In this document: one piece after another, positions 40,450 to 51,600 of the stretch
How the letters are laid out: every line of letters begins with the position of its first letter
How positions within the stretch are numbered: the first letter of the stretch is position 1
DNA from: Syntrophorhabdaceae bacterium
Lineage (GTDB): Bacteria > Desulfobacterota > Syntrophorhabdia > Syntrophorhabdales > Syntrophorhabdaceae
Length of the DNA stretch: 64,000 bases
NCBI GenBank assembly: GCA_963665295.1
Contig: OY762209.1
Coordinates: 2,816,001 to 2,880,000 of the forward strand
Reading direction: 5' to 3'
Notes under the pieces: generated by a model
What the model saw: only the letters and a program-made list of their open reading frames with translations
What the model was told of the DNA's origin: nothing
Database searches by the model: none
Made by a program: the position numbers and the translations under genes

Positions 40450-42132
40450 TTGCTGAAGAAAGGATGTTATTTCCCGTGCGGAGCGCTGGCGGTCTTCGCC
40501 ATCTGTAATACGGCGAAGGTGGTTTATCTCGATGCGCGGATCGTGCCCCTTGATCTTAAGTTTCATGTAATAGCCCTTTCCGCGGCTTACACATTTCTCA
40601 TGGTTGTGGCCTGCTTTTCCGCCGCCATTGCTTCGGGCCGCCGGATTGTTTTCGTAATTTTGTTTGTAATACAAGCGCTCTACCTTTATGTGACGACAGC
40701 GTACTATTCTGTCTTCAAGAGCTATCTCACGTATCAGATCGCCGTCAGTCTCTTCGATGAAGCTCTGGGGTTGGTCCGGGGAAGGGCGGTCCCCCTGGGA
40801 GGCGTCACCCCGTTGCTCGTTTGGATTGACCTGCCTGCAGCGGTGCTCGTCCTGACCGCTCCACGGTGGAAGGCGATGAAGGACCACAGGAAGCCGTTTA
40901 TCGCCATAATGATCGGGGGATTTGGCGCGATAGCCGCTTTTCTGGGGGTCGCTCATATTGTAGGCCGGGCTCCCTGGCAGTTGGTATCGGAGCCTTTCCT
41001 GGGGGACCTTGCAGTGGTCAAGCTTTATGGTCCTTTGACCAATGGCCTGAATATCCTGCCCGACCACAGTGAAAGGTCGAGAAGACTCATCACGCCGGAG
41101 AGGACGTTGAAGGGACAGACAAGCTCTTCCCATCCCAATATTCTTGTTGTACAGATCGAGTCTCTGGATGCAACGGCCATCGATGCAGAGGTTGATGGCC
41201 GGCCGGTTATGCCGTTCATGAGGAGGCTTGCCTCCGAGAACATCTATTACCCCTATTGCCTGTCCTATCATGTGGGAGGCGGCACGTCGGACGCGGAGTT
41301 TTCGGTGCTCAACAGCGTGGTGCCGTTGGTCGATTATCCGGCCCTGAAGGTTTCCGAATATCGCTACCCTAACGCGGTAAGCACCCGACTGCACGAGAAA
41401 GGTTATAGTACCCAGGCTTTCCATAACAACCGGGCAACTTACTACAACCGCGGCAACGCCTTCGCGCAAATGAGTTTTGATGTCTTTTTCGACCAGGACC
41501 GGATGAGGATACCTGTGAGCCGCTGGGGCATATCCGATGGGGATATGTTGCGCTTCGCCCGGGGCTGGTTGAGCGGCCGGAAAGAACCCTGGTTTGCCTA
41601 TGTAATCACCATGTCAAGCCATGGCCCGTTCAACTTCTTCCCTGCCGAAGACGTAGGTGCAGATTTCAAGAGTGTCTCTAACGACTCCGTGCGAGGATAT
41701 TACCGTTCTTTGACGTACGTGGACCACGCTCTGGAGCAGTTGCTGGCCGACGAAAGCATACGCAACCATTCCTATATCTTTATTTTTGGCGATCACGCGC
41801 CGCCAATACCTGCCGGTGACTACGTCTCGGCTGTTCTCAACCGGGGACGCCCTCCACGCACCTTTGTGCCCCTGGTGATTCTCACGCCGGATCGTCATCA
41901 CTTCAGGGGAGATCAGCGCGTGGCGAGTTTTCTGGACCTTGCGCCCACTATATTTAAGGCCTCCGGCATAGGAGGCGACTACAATAGTGATGGAGATGAC
42001 CTTCTGGAGCCTGCGGAATTACCCGATGTGATACCCTGGCCCGGCGGCGCCCTTAACCGGAAAGTTCTGTTCAGGGAGATCGACAGCCAGATAAAGCGGC
42101 GCGAAGGCGGCCACGTTCTGGGGCTCCAGTAG
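40450..42132 (+). CDS. LTA synthase (LtaS)/sulfatase-family membrane phosphotransferase
   Basis: N-terminal TMs; PNILVVQIESL, GGGTSDAE (catalytic Thr), FHNN...YNR, TMSSHGPF, FGDH. Confidence 0.85.
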   Translation: MLKKGCYFPCGALAVFAICNTAKVVYLDARIVPLDLKFHVIALSAAYTFLMVVACFSAAIASGRRIVFVILFVIQALYLYVTTAYYSVFKSYLTYQIAVSLFDEALGLVRGRAVPLGGVTPLLVWIDLPAAVLVLTAPRWKAMKDHRKPFIAIMIGGFGAIAAFLGVAHIVGRAPWQLVSEPFLGDLAVVKLYGPLTNGLNILPDHSERSRRLITPERTLKGQTSSSHPNILVVQIESLDATAIDAEVDGRPVMPFMRRLASENIYYPYCLSYHVGGGTSDAEFSVLNSVVPLVDYPALKVSEYRYPNAVSTRLHEKGYSTQAFHNNRATYYNRGNAFAQMSFDVFFDQDRMRIPVSRWGISDGDMLRFARGWLSGRKEPWFAYVITMSSHGPFNFFPAEDVGADFKSVSNDSVRGYYRSLTYVDHALEQLLADESIRNHSYIFIFGDHAPPIPAGDYVSAVLNRGRPPRTFVPLVILTPDRHHFRGDQRVASFLDLAPTIFKASGIGGDYNSDGDDLLEPAELPDVIPWPGGALNRKVLFREIDSQIKRREGGHVLGLQ

Positions 42133-42190
42133 CGACCGCCGACCTTGTGGCAAGGAAATTGAACCCTATGCCCTTGGCGTCTGAGTAGTT

Positions 42191-43129
42191 ATGAAAAAAA
42201 AGGATAATATTATGACGGACACCCGGAACCAGGCAGAAGAACCGATAATTTCGGTTCTTATGCCGGTTTACAATAGCGAACCCTTTCTCGTCGAGGCGAT
42301 TGAAAGCATATTGAACCAGACCATGGGAGACTTCGAATTTCTGATCGTCTATGACGAATCCAAAGATAACTCTTACGCCATCATCGAGCGGTACCGGAAG
42401 CGGGATTCCCGCATCAGAGTGGTCCAGGGACAGAAGAAAGCCCTGATCGGCGCTCTGAATCAAGGGCTCGACGCAGCGAGAGGAAGGTATATCGCAAGAA
42501 TGGACGCCGATGATATAAGCTGCCCGGAGAGGTTCGAGAAGCAAGTGCAATTGATGGAAGCGGCAGGGGCGGATATTTGCGGATGTCACTGGCTTGCAGT
42601 CAACGAGACAGGAAAGCTAGTGGACGCGAAAATAGTCCCCTTGTCGCCTGATGCGTTCACCGCGACGCTGGCGTGTACCGTCCCGTTCGCCCATGGCTCG
42701 GTGATGGTGCGCACGGCCTTTCTCCGGAAGCATTCCCTCAGGTATGGCGGGGCGAAATACGCTGAAGACTACGATCTCTGGATTCGTTTCTGGGAAAAGG
42801 GCGCAGTCTTTGTCAATGTTGACGAGTTTCTTTTTAAATACCGGAATTCCGACACATCCCTGTCTCAAGTGGTAAGTAAAGGCAATGCCTCCGACACGCG
42901 GGCGTTGAGGAGACGGTTTGTCCGGACCAATTCGGATGCATGTCTTCGCGCCGTCAAGAAGCTGACAGAATCATATGAATCCTTGAGCCAGGTGGAGCGG
43001 GTATTCCTGCTGCTGGCGGCGTATCTGATCTCCTTAATCCTTAAGCGGCCGGTTGTGTTCGGTGTTGCGAGGCGCTCAGCCAAAAGAAGCATCGGCATGG
43101 CGCTTCTCTATCTGGTGAGAGGGTTCTAG
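42191..43129 (+). CDS. Glycosyltransferase family 2
   Basis: ISVLMPVYN, YIARMDADD, AEDYDLW. Confidence 0.92.
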   Translation: MKKKDNIMTDTRNQAEEPIISVLMPVYNSEPFLVEAIESILNQTMGDFEFLIVYDESKDNSYAIIERYRKRDSRIRVVQGQKKALIGALNQGLDAARGRYIARMDADDISCPERFEKQVQLMEAAGADICGCHWLAVNETGKLVDAKIVPLSPDAFTATLACTVPFAHGSVMVRTAFLRKHSLRYGGAKYAEDYDLWIRFWEKGAVFVNVDEFLFKYRNSDTSLSQVVSKGNASDTRALRRRFVRTNSDACLRAVKKLTESYESLSQVERVFLLLAAYLISLILKRPVVFGVARRSAKRSIGMALLYLVRGF

Positions 43130-43131
43130 AA

Positions 43132-44400
43132 GTGGGTATACGTTCCAATGATGACCCGGGTCACTTTGCCCACTGCAACTATACTTTGTTTTTCGTCATA
43201 GGTTTGCCCATTTTACTGGGGTTTCTTTATTCGGTGTTCCTCTCCTATCCCGATCAGTTCTTCTCGCCCTTTACGATCATAAGTGATTTGAGTGAAGAGG
43301 ACGTGACAGACGCGACTTCGTCATACTTGATCGGGGTCGGTTACTTGCCTCAGGATAGCGCGCGATATTTGAGACAGGGTTTGCAGTTTTCCCTGTCGGA
43401 ACGTCCGCTGGCCGATTTTTTCAGAGTGCTGGCAGGGTGGTTCTCAAATATCTCGCTTTTTTACATAGCAAAAATCGCGCACAAGGTGCTGCCGCAAAAC
43501 CCCTATGTGGTGATTGCTCTCATCAATCACCTCTTTATGCTGCTGACTTTAAGAAACTATATGGCGATGGCGCGAATTCTCAAGATTTCCGAAAGCAGAT
43601 TCCTGCCTTGGATTGGAGGAAACCTGATACTGATCTATGTCTTATACTCTCTTAACAAAGAAGCCATCGGGATGTTCCTGGTGAGCGAATTTGTTTTGTT
43701 TGAATACAGACAGAGTTATCCGAGGGTGCTCTTCTCCCTTTTTCTGGCCCTTATGACCCGGAACGTGTTGTTCGGTTTTGGCGTCATCACCGTGATAAAC
43801 CATTTCGTGAAGCTGAAGCCGTGGAAAGTATTGGTGATCTTTGCCGCCATTTTGCTGCCGGTCCTCTTTTACATCACGGGAGGTGCCATCCTTGGAGAGG
43901 AATTTGGCCAGTTGGGAGACGCAACGTACCAGCATGGGCAAAAATCGTCGGCAATAACCACGTATTTTTTCAAGTACGAGGAGTATCCCATGGGATATTT
44001 CCTCAGCTATATCGTCGTGCTGGCGGTTAACGTATTGGGGCCGTTCCTGAACTATGGTTACTGGAAAGACTACTTTACGGTATTCGTTCTTTCACAATTT
44101 CTGCTCCAGCTGTCGTCCCTTCTCTTTGCGCTTCTCATATGGAAGACGGTCAGGGGCCGTTTGTTTACGACCGCCATGTGGGAGGGACCCCTGAAGTTCG
44201 TCTTTTACTACACCATGATTTCCTGCATAATGCCCTTTTCTCAACATCGTTACCTGATACCGATCTACCCTGTTCTGGTGTTGAGCTACGTATATTGCTG
44301 TGAAAAGGTGCCCCGGAGCACCGGTCGCGTGTTCGGGTTTCTTGCAAAGGACACGAGAAAGGTGCCGAGCCCGGAGTTTGTGGAGACACGCTCGGGGTAA
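43132..44400 (+). CDS. wzy: Probable polysaccharide polymerase
   Basis: Polytopic membrane protein with D..RY, KE and RY..P residues, in a Wzx/Wzz locus. Confidence 0.6.
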   Translation: MGIRSNDDPGHFAHCNYTLFFVIGLPILLGFLYSVFLSYPDQFFSPFTIISDLSEEDVTDATSSYLIGVGYLPQDSARYLRQGLQFSLSERPLADFFRVLAGWFSNISLFYIAKIAHKVLPQNPYVVIALINHLFMLLTLRNYMAMARILKISESRFLPWIGGNLILIYVLYSLNKEAIGMFLVSEFVLFEYRQSYPRVLFSLFLALMTRNVLFGFGVITVINHFVKLKPWKVLVIFAAILLPVLFYITGGAILGEEFGQLGDATYQHGQKSSAITTYFFKYEEYPMGYFLSYIVVLAVNVLGPFLNYGYWKDYFTVFVLSQFLLQLSSLLFALLIWKTVRGRLFTTAMWEGPLKFVFYYTMISCIMPFSQHRYLIPIYPVLVLSYVYCCEKVPRSTGRVFGFLAKDTRKVPSPEFVETRSG

Positions 44401-44484
44401 TCGGGACATGGGAAACGTTGTGACCTGAGGCCAACCAAGCGGCCGGTGCGGCGGACGACCGCGGCCGGCGCGCTGTCCGCTTAA

Positions 44485-45384
44485 GTGAGGTATGATATGA
44501 TTTCTGTAATAGTTCCGTTGACAAACGCAGCCCATATTGAACGAAAGATTAATGATTGTGAAGCGCTATCGGGGATTGAGCATGAGGTTGTCTTTTGCTA
44601 TAATGGCCCTGATAGCGGATTCGGCGAAGTCGAAACCATAGTTGAACGAAAAGGAAACCCTCGTGTGCGCTTAGTGAAATCGACGCCATTCAATAAGAAT
44701 ATCGCGATAAAGGCGGGACTTGACGTCGCCCGGTACGATCGGTGTCTTTACACGGACGTGGACTGCTGCTTTTACGGCCCCATCGATGTCCAGGGTTTAG
44801 TACGTGACATTAGATCGGATAACGTGGTATCATTCATCGTATTGAGAAGTACAAGCGATTCCAAGCTTAAGGTGCTGAGGCGCGTGAGAGAGCTGAAATT
44901 CGCCGGTCTGAGGTTCTTGCATCAGTACTACCTCTGTGTCAGAGGGGGTGGATATATTTCAGGGAACGTATCATCCATGATACGACCTGATATACTGTCG
45001 GATGATCTCTATTATCCTTTGGAATTTTGCGATAGACACAGGGCGAATATCGTTGTCTCAAATTCTGTGACTTTCGCGGAAGACGATAATGACAAGACTC
45101 CTTATGTCAATAAGCTGCCGCGGCTTATGTTCGGGGCATTTCAGGGATTCAGGTTGGTGAAGAGCATGCGGGCAAAGGTAAGCATATTGACCCAAAAGCT
45201 GCTCAAATATTTCGCGGTAGCCTTTTCTCCCCTGATAGTAGCCGCCATACTCGTGAGTGCGCGGGTCAACATCATCGTCGCCCTTGCTTTGGCTCTTATT
45301 TTTTCATGGGTCAAACGGAAATACCTGATCAAAACATGGCAGGGTATAAAGTGTGGTTTGCTGGACAGGAAACCTGAGTGGTAG
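44485..45384 (+). CDS. Glycosyltransferase family 2 (divergent)
   Basis: ISVIVP, K..A...G, TDVD (DxD), SDD; C-terminal TMs. Confidence 0.7.
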   Translation: MRYDMISVIVPLTNAAHIERKINDCEALSGIEHEVVFCYNGPDSGFGEVETIVERKGNPRVRLVKSTPFNKNIAIKAGLDVARYDRCLYTDVDCCFYGPIDVQGLVRDIRSDNVVSFIVLRSTSDSKLKVLRRVRELKFAGLRFLHQYYLCVRGGGYISGNVSSMIRPDILSDDLYYPLEFCDRHRANIVVSNSVTFAEDDNDKTPYVNKLPRLMFGAFQGFRLVKSMRAKVSILTQKLLKYFAVAFSPLIVAAILVSARVNIIVALALALIFSWVKRKYLIKTWQGIKCGLLDRKPEW

Positions 45385-45536
45385 TGATTTTTGTTGTGCG
45401 GAGTGACTATGGGAAGTGTATGATGGAAGGCGTCGATGTTACAGTGGGACGATAGAGTTGGGTTCGAAGGGTCTTCAGCATCCGGACCGTCAATGCATAG
45501 TTTGGGGCAGGGCCTTAAACTTAATGTGAGGTAATT

Positions 45537-46940
45537 ATGAGCAAAACACCAAGTTTGTTTAGGACACACGGCTTAGTATTCAACCACTTATTTCAGGTGG
45601 GTGAAATGTGCCTGACAATCCTGTCTCTGATCCTTGCGGCAGATTTCGTGGGTTACCCCTGGAACCCCATGTTCAATATCCTGCTGGTCATGGTGTTGAT
45701 CCTCTATAATATGATGGCGAGGCGCTATGAGTTGTATTCTTCCAAGCGGGGCCGTTCGGTTTGGGCTGAACTGAACACTCTCGTTCGGGTCTGGTGTTTC
45801 AGTTTTATCGTGTGTCTGACGGCGTTTTTCCTGGGGGGTATATCAGGGGCAAATTTCAGAAAGACATTGGTGAGCTGGTTTATTGCGGGGATTGTCATGC
45901 TCGCCCTGGACCGGCTCCTGTTGAGGGCTGTGTTCGACTATATACGGAAGAAAGGATACAACAGGCGTTTTGCGGTGATTGTCGGTGCCGGCGAGGTGGG
46001 GTTGACCCTCGCGCGTAACCTGGAAAATGCGGCGTGGTCCGGAATAAAGGTGGTCGGCTTTTTTGACGACAAGACGGAAAGCATCTCCTCTACTGTCCCC
46101 ATACTGGGTAAGACTGCTGATCTGGACAGTTTTCTGAGATCCCATCAGATAGATTATGTATACATGGCCCTTCCCATGAGGGCAGAGGAAAAGATAAGGC
46201 GAATAGTGGGCAAGTGCAGGACCTTTGGGGCGGAACTCTATATGGTGCCTGATTTCTTTGCGTTCTATCTTCTCCACTCGAGAGTAGAACAAATAGGGAA
46301 TGTCATTATGCTGAATTTCAATCCCTACATGGCCTGGAAACGCTACTTCGATCTGTTCTTCTCGGTGCTTGCCATCATTGCCTTCTCTCCGCTCATGTTT
46401 CTCATTGCAATACTCATCAAATTGGAAGACCGCGGTCCCGTCTTTTACGGGCATAAGCGTATTGCCGCCACGGGGCGGGAATTCAAGTGCTGGAAATTCC
46501 GGACCATGTTTGTGAACGCGGATAAGAAGCTGGCTGAAATCCTTGAATCCGACCCCGAGGCGAAAAAAGAGTGGGATGTGTGTTTCAAGTTGAAGAATGA
46601 TCCGAGAGTAACGAAGATCGGCAAGTTCCTGAGAAAAACCAGCCTGGACGAGCTTCCCCAGTTTTTCAATGTGCTGACCGGCGAGATGAGCGTGGTCGGG
46701 GCAAGGCCTATCGTGGAAAAGGAGCTATATGAATATTACAGGGAGCACGGCGGCCTTTACTGCTCTCTTAAGCCCGGCATAACAGGACCGTGGCAGGCGG
46801 GGAAAAGGAATGATACGGAAGACTACAATGAAAGGGTCCAACTTGATGCATGGTACGTTCAAAATTACTCCCTTAGACTGGATCTGAAGATCATTTTTAA
46901 AACCGCTGCCTCTATGGTTCACGGCAAAGGGGCGTACTGA
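45537..46940 (+). CDS. Undecaprenyl-phosphate sugar-1-phosphate transferase (WcaJ/WbaP family)
   Basis: KR.FD, KFRTM, DPRVT.IGKFLRKTSLDELPQF.NV..G.MS.VG.RP, KPGITG.WQ. Confidence 0.93.
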   Translation: MSKTPSLFRTHGLVFNHLFQVGEMCLTILSLILAADFVGYPWNPMFNILLVMVLILYNMMARRYELYSSKRGRSVWAELNTLVRVWCFSFIVCLTAFFLGGISGANFRKTLVSWFIAGIVMLALDRLLLRAVFDYIRKKGYNRRFAVIVGAGEVGLTLARNLENAAWSGIKVVGFFDDKTESISSTVPILGKTADLDSFLRSHQIDYVYMALPMRAEEKIRRIVGKCRTFGAELYMVPDFFAFYLLHSRVEQIGNVIMLNFNPYMAWKRYFDLFFSVLAIIAFSPLMFLIAILIKLEDRGPVFYGHKRIAATGREFKCWKFRTMFVNADKKLAEILESDPEAKKEWDVCFKLKNDPRVTKIGKFLRKTSLDELPQFFNVLTGEMSVVGARPIVEKELYEYYREHGGLYCSLKPGITGPWQAGKRNDTEDYNERVQLDAWYVQNYSLRLDLKIIFKTAASMVHGKGAY

Positions 46941-47059
46941 TTGGAAGAATGCCGGTTAGAGGACAAGGGCGTAACAGTGCGCCGGTAAACGAATTATTGC
47001 ACGAACAACGCGAAGCGACAGAATAAATCGTAAAAGACAACGAAGGTGAATGACGCACA

Positions 47060-47599
47060 ATGAAATCAAGGCGGGCTAAACAAGTCATTTTTGTAATTCT
47101 GGGCCTTATGGCCCTGGGGGTTGTCAGCGCGCACGCCATTGACAGTGGGGTGACCAGACAGACCCTTGTCGGTCTTAAAGGCGTCAACGTAGTGGTGGAA
47201 GAACTGCAGCCGGACATTCAACGGTATACGCAGAAGTTTCTCCTGCAGAAGGAGCAAATAAAAGCAGATGTGGAGTCCATGTTAAGGAAATCGGGCATTA
47301 CGGTGCTGACATATGAGCAGTGGCTTGCGGCGCCGGGAAGACCCTTTCTTTATGTGGCTGTCAATACACACGAATACGAGAAATACTGGTATGCGTACGA
47401 TATAAAGGTGCAACTCAGACAGAGGGTCTTCCTGGAGATGAACCCCTCGATAACCACCATAGCGAGCACCTGGGCGATAAATATGACAGGCAGCACGAAT
47501 ATTGCAAAACTTAATGAAATCAAGGATGGTCTCGGTGTTCTTGTGAGAAGGTTCGCCGAGGCGTGGAATACGGCGAACGCGGTAAAATCGGGAAATTGA
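47060..47599 (+). CDS. Hypothetical exported protein
   Basis: Signal peptide ending AHA; L.GL..V.VVVE start of mature domain. Confidence 0.75.
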   Translation: MKSRRAKQVIFVILGLMALGVVSAHAIDSGVTRQTLVGLKGVNVVVEELQPDIQRYTQKFLLQKEQIKADVESMLRKSGITVLTYEQWLAAPGRPFLYVAVNTHEYEKYWYAYDIKVQLRQRVFLEMNPSITTIASTWAINMTGSTNIAKLNEIKDGLGVLVRRFAEAWNTANAVKSGN

Positions 47600-47630
47600 A
47601 AGGCTCCACGCGGTCACTGGAGAGGAGAGA

Positions 47631-48584
47631 ATGGAGACGGGAGCGGAGAAACAAGGCGGAACAGTCGACGCATTGAGTTACCTTCGTGTGATTCTCAAGA
47701 ACAAGAAGCTGATCGCGTATATTGTCGGTATCGCGGTTGTGGTAACCATTTTAAGATCTCTTGCGATAACCCCGGTATATGAGGCGAAGGCTACGATAAT
47801 ACCGGCAAACGCGCCGACCAAAGACTCCGGCATGTCGTCCATGGCTGCCGCTCAATTCGGAATAGCCCTGCCTGCAGCCCCCCAGTCCACCGAGATGGTG
47901 ACCCTGTTGAGAAGCAATTCGCTCAAGGAAAAGGTAATCAGGAGTCACAACCTGCTGCCCGTGCTGCTCGGTAAGGGAAGCCTCAATAAATCCGAAAACA
48001 GCGCGATGTGGGCGGGGATAAGGAATTTGCAGGGTATGACGAAGGTGAAATATGTACCGAAAGAGGTCATCATCGACATATCGGTGGAAAATAAAAATCC
48101 CAAATTAGCGGCGGATATACTTCAATACACCCTGGACGAACTTAATGGGTATATGAGCAATGAAACCAAGAGGGTGGCGGAGGCGAACAGGCGATTTCTT
48201 GAGTCCCAACTTGATAAAGTTGCCGATCCGTACATAAAGGCAAGGATTTATACGATAATCGCGCAGCAGATCGAGACTTCCATGATGGCGGAGGCGAAGG
48301 AGAATTTTGCCTTCAAAGTGCTCGATGCGCCCCGGGTTCCGGACCGGAAGATCCGGCCCAAGAGGGCGCAGATGGTGCTGGTTTCCTTTGTGGTCGCGTT
48401 ATTTTTGGGTATATTTGCCGCATTTGGAAAGGAATTTATTTTGCTTCATAGAGCAGAGTTAGCCGAACTGGGAAGACTGATCGGACTGAAACCGGGCAGA
48501 CTGAGCGGGCTGAAGCTGGGCAGATTAAGGGGACTGAAACTGGGCAGATTAGGGGGACTGAAATGGAGGGCGAAGAAGAGGTGA
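47631..48584 (+). CDS. wzz: Wzz-family chain-length determinant / polysaccharide co-polymerase
   Basis: Two TMs, P.YEA.ATI, D.P..P.....PKR preceding TM2; no kinase domain. Confidence 0.88.
   Translation: METGAEKQGGTVDALSYLRVILKNKKLIAYIVGIAVVVTILRSLAITPVYEAKATIIPANAPTKDSGMSSMAAAQFGIALPAAPQSTEMVTLLRSNSLKEKVIRSHNLLPVLLGKGSLNKSENSAMWAGIRNLQGMTKVKYVPKEVIIDISVENKNPKLAADILQYTLDELNGYMSNETKRVAEANRRFLESQLDKVADPYIKARIYTIIAQQIETSMMAEAKENFAFKVLDAPRVPDRKIRPKRAQMVLVSFVVALFLGIFAAFGKEFILLHRAELAELGRLIGLKPGRLSGLKLGRLRGLKLGRLGGLKWRAKKR
48468..48563 (+). repeat. Four imperfect 24-bp tandem repeats encoding (L/P)GRLxGLK in the Wzz tail
   Basis: ctgggaagactgatcggactgaaa / ccgggcagactgagcgggctgaag / ctgggcagattaaggggactgaaa / ctgggcagattagggggactgaaa. 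Confidence 0.9.
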
Positions 48585-48670
48585 AGAAGCGCCTGTCCCA
48601 TCCCGCAAACATGAAATTTAACGGTTTAAAGCCTATCGTGAAAGGCATACAAAGAAACGGGGGTTATCGA

Positions 48671-51600
48671 GTGGTTAAACAGATCCTTCTGACAATCTGC
48701 GTAATACTGGGGGTAACGTGGGCGCTGCACGGTTATGCCCAGCAGGCCCCGGTCGTCCAGGGGCGACCGCAAGGTACTAACTATCTTGGACCACAATCGC
48801 CTCAACCTCCCGCAACGGTGCCCGGCAACATGATGCCCGGGTCACCGGGTACGGTGCAAACCGTTCCCGTTCAGACGGAGGTGCTTCAGAAAGCGACTCC
48901 CGAGCAGAGGAAGGCCATAGAGGAAGCGGGGAAAGATAAAGGAGACCTTCTCACGCCGGAAGCGCTGGAAGCACTTAGGGTGAAGCCTGAGTTTCAGGGC
49001 CTTAAGCCGGGAGACATCGTACAAGGCAAAGAAACCCTTGAGAAGAAAGGAAGCGCGAAGGTCGCAGGGGCCGGGCCGGAGAAACGGATACCGGGCGGAG
49101 AGAAGGGAGAGCAGAGCAACTTCGAACGGGCGAGGGCCATCGGCAGGTACCAGGAGATATCTACAAGCCTCAAACCTTTTGGTTATGATTTTTTCCAGGA
49201 TGCGGCGGTACGTATTATTATGGACCGGAAGGATATTCCCGTTCCCACCGACTACGTGATTGGTCCCGGAGACGAGGTCAAGATACTCCTTTGGGGACGG
49301 GTGAGCGCGAACTATAACCTTACAGTCGATAGAAACGGCAATATCACCATCCCCCAGGTGGGACCGGTTCCCGTTGCCGGACTCACCTTTGAGCAGATGT
49401 CAAAACACCTCATCAAACAAGCAGATCAAATCGTGGGTGCCAACATTGACGTCACTATGGGCGCCTTGAAAAGCATTCCCATTTTTGTCCTCGGCGATGT
49501 GAGGAGGCCGGGAGCTTACACCATAGGCTCCTTTGCGACCATGACGGATGCGCTGCTCGTGGCCGGCGGACCGTCGGACATCGGGACTATGAGGAGCGTC
49601 CAGTTAAGGAGAAAAGACAAGATTATCACCACTTTCGACTTTTACGACCTTCTGTTGAAGGGGGATAAATCGAAGGACACCATGCTCCAGGCGGGAGACG
49701 TGGTTTTTGTCCCCGTACAGGGCCCTCTGGTCGGCGTTGCGGGCAACGTGAAGAGACCCGCCATTTATGAGCTCAGGGGAAAATACGACCTCGAAACACT
49801 TTTTGATCTGGCGGGCGGCATCATTCCCACCGCCTACACCCAACAGATCCAGATAGAGAGGATTGTCAGGAATGAAAGGCAAGTAGTTGTCGACGTAGAC
49901 GACAGACACCTTAAGAAAGCCAAAGATACCCGTCTCCAGGACATGGATCTGGTAAAGGTGTTCAATATTGTTGAAAAGGAAGCTAATACGGTGTTCCTTA
50001 CGGGCAATGTGAAGAAGGCGGGTAAGTATGAGTACAAGAAGGGCATGAAGATCCGGGACCTCCTGAAGGATAAGGGCGACCTTCTCTCGGAGACCGCCAT
50101 GGATTACGCCCTGCTGGTGAGGATTGAACCCCCTGCCTTTGAAAGAAGACTGATCCCTTTTAATCTGGAAGCTGTCTTGTCCTCAGGCGACCCAGCGAAA
50201 GACTTTGAACTCCAACCTCAGGACCATGTGTATGTCTTCTCCAAATGGTTCTTCAGGGATAGGCCCTATATCACAGTGGAGGGCGAGGTCCGAAATGCGC
50301 GAACCGGTATTTCTGAAAGAAGAGGTCCGTTGGAGGGAGATGATCCTATGGGTGGCCCACGGAAAAGAGAGCAAGTCGGCGGAGAGAATCGAGTAAAAAT
50401 CGACCTCAGCCAGAACATGCGGGTACGAGATGCGATTCTGATGGCGGGGGATGTGACAAGGGACGCGTATCTCCGGAAGGGAGAGATGCTCCGTATCGAC
50501 AGGAACCGGGATTACTCCAGGATTTACTTCGATGTGGGAAAGGCTATGGCGGGGGACCCCGAGAGTAACCTGCTCCTTCAGGATGAGGACAGGATAGTCG
50601 TTCACTCAATCTACGAGTTTGAATACAAGAAATCCGTCTCCATTGACGGCGACGTGTTGAAACCGGGTGATTACCAGTATCTGCAAGGGCTTACAGTGAA
50701 AGACCTGGTATTTGCCGCAGGAAATATTCGGGAGTCTGCCTATCTTGATGAGGCTGAGATCACGAGCCAAATTGTTGAGGACGACAAGACCGTCAAATCA
50801 GAGCGCAGGGGTATAAATCTGAAGAGGGCACTCCGGGGAGACCCGGTGGATAATGTGGTGTTGAAGCCCTATGACAGGGTCACGGTAAAGAGACTCCAGG
50901 ATTGGCGCAGGGAGCAGTTCGCAACCGTAGGCGGGGAAGTAAAGTTTCCCGGACGGTACGCGACGAGGAAAAAGGAGCGTCTTTCCTCGCTCATTGAGCG
51001 GGCAGGCGGTTACAGCGACGACGCGTATCTCAGGGGCGCGGTGTTTACGAGGGTGCGGGTAAGAGATTTGCAGCAAAAAGGCATCGATGAGATGGTCACA
51101 AGGATGGAAAAAGAGCTTCTCTCCGAGACCTCCACCGTGGATTCGGGCTCGTCGGAAGGGGTTCAGGCCAAACAGGTTGAGGTGGTGCAGCGGCAGCGGT
51201 TCATAGAGACCCTCAGGAAGGCGAAGCCTACCGGCAGGTTGACCGTATATCTTGCCAACTTGAGACTCCTTAAAGGAAGCGACTATGATATTGAACTGGA
51301 GGCGGGCGATGAACTTTACATCCCGACAAAGAGCAGCGTGGTGAATGTTGCAGGCGCGGTCATGGTCAACGGGACCTTTACCTATGGCGATACCCTCGCC
51401 TACGAGGACTATGTAAAGATGGCGGGAGGTTACACACGTTACGCAGATACAAGCAACATATTTGTAATGAAAGTTGATGGCAGTGCAAGGAAAATGTCCT
51501 CCGGGGCCGTGAACTGGAACCCGTTTCGAAAAAGATGGGAGGCTGCCGGTTATGGCGAAGGGCGGAGTGCTATAGAGGCAGGGGACAGCATCGTGGTCCC

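Noticed and set aside
42194..42201. A8 tract after the GT2 start codon as a phase-variation site
   Set aside because: The tract is short and an in-frame ATG at 42212 would bypass it
48468..48563. CRISPR-like array
   Set aside because: Units are contiguous, have no spacers and are in-frame coding repeats
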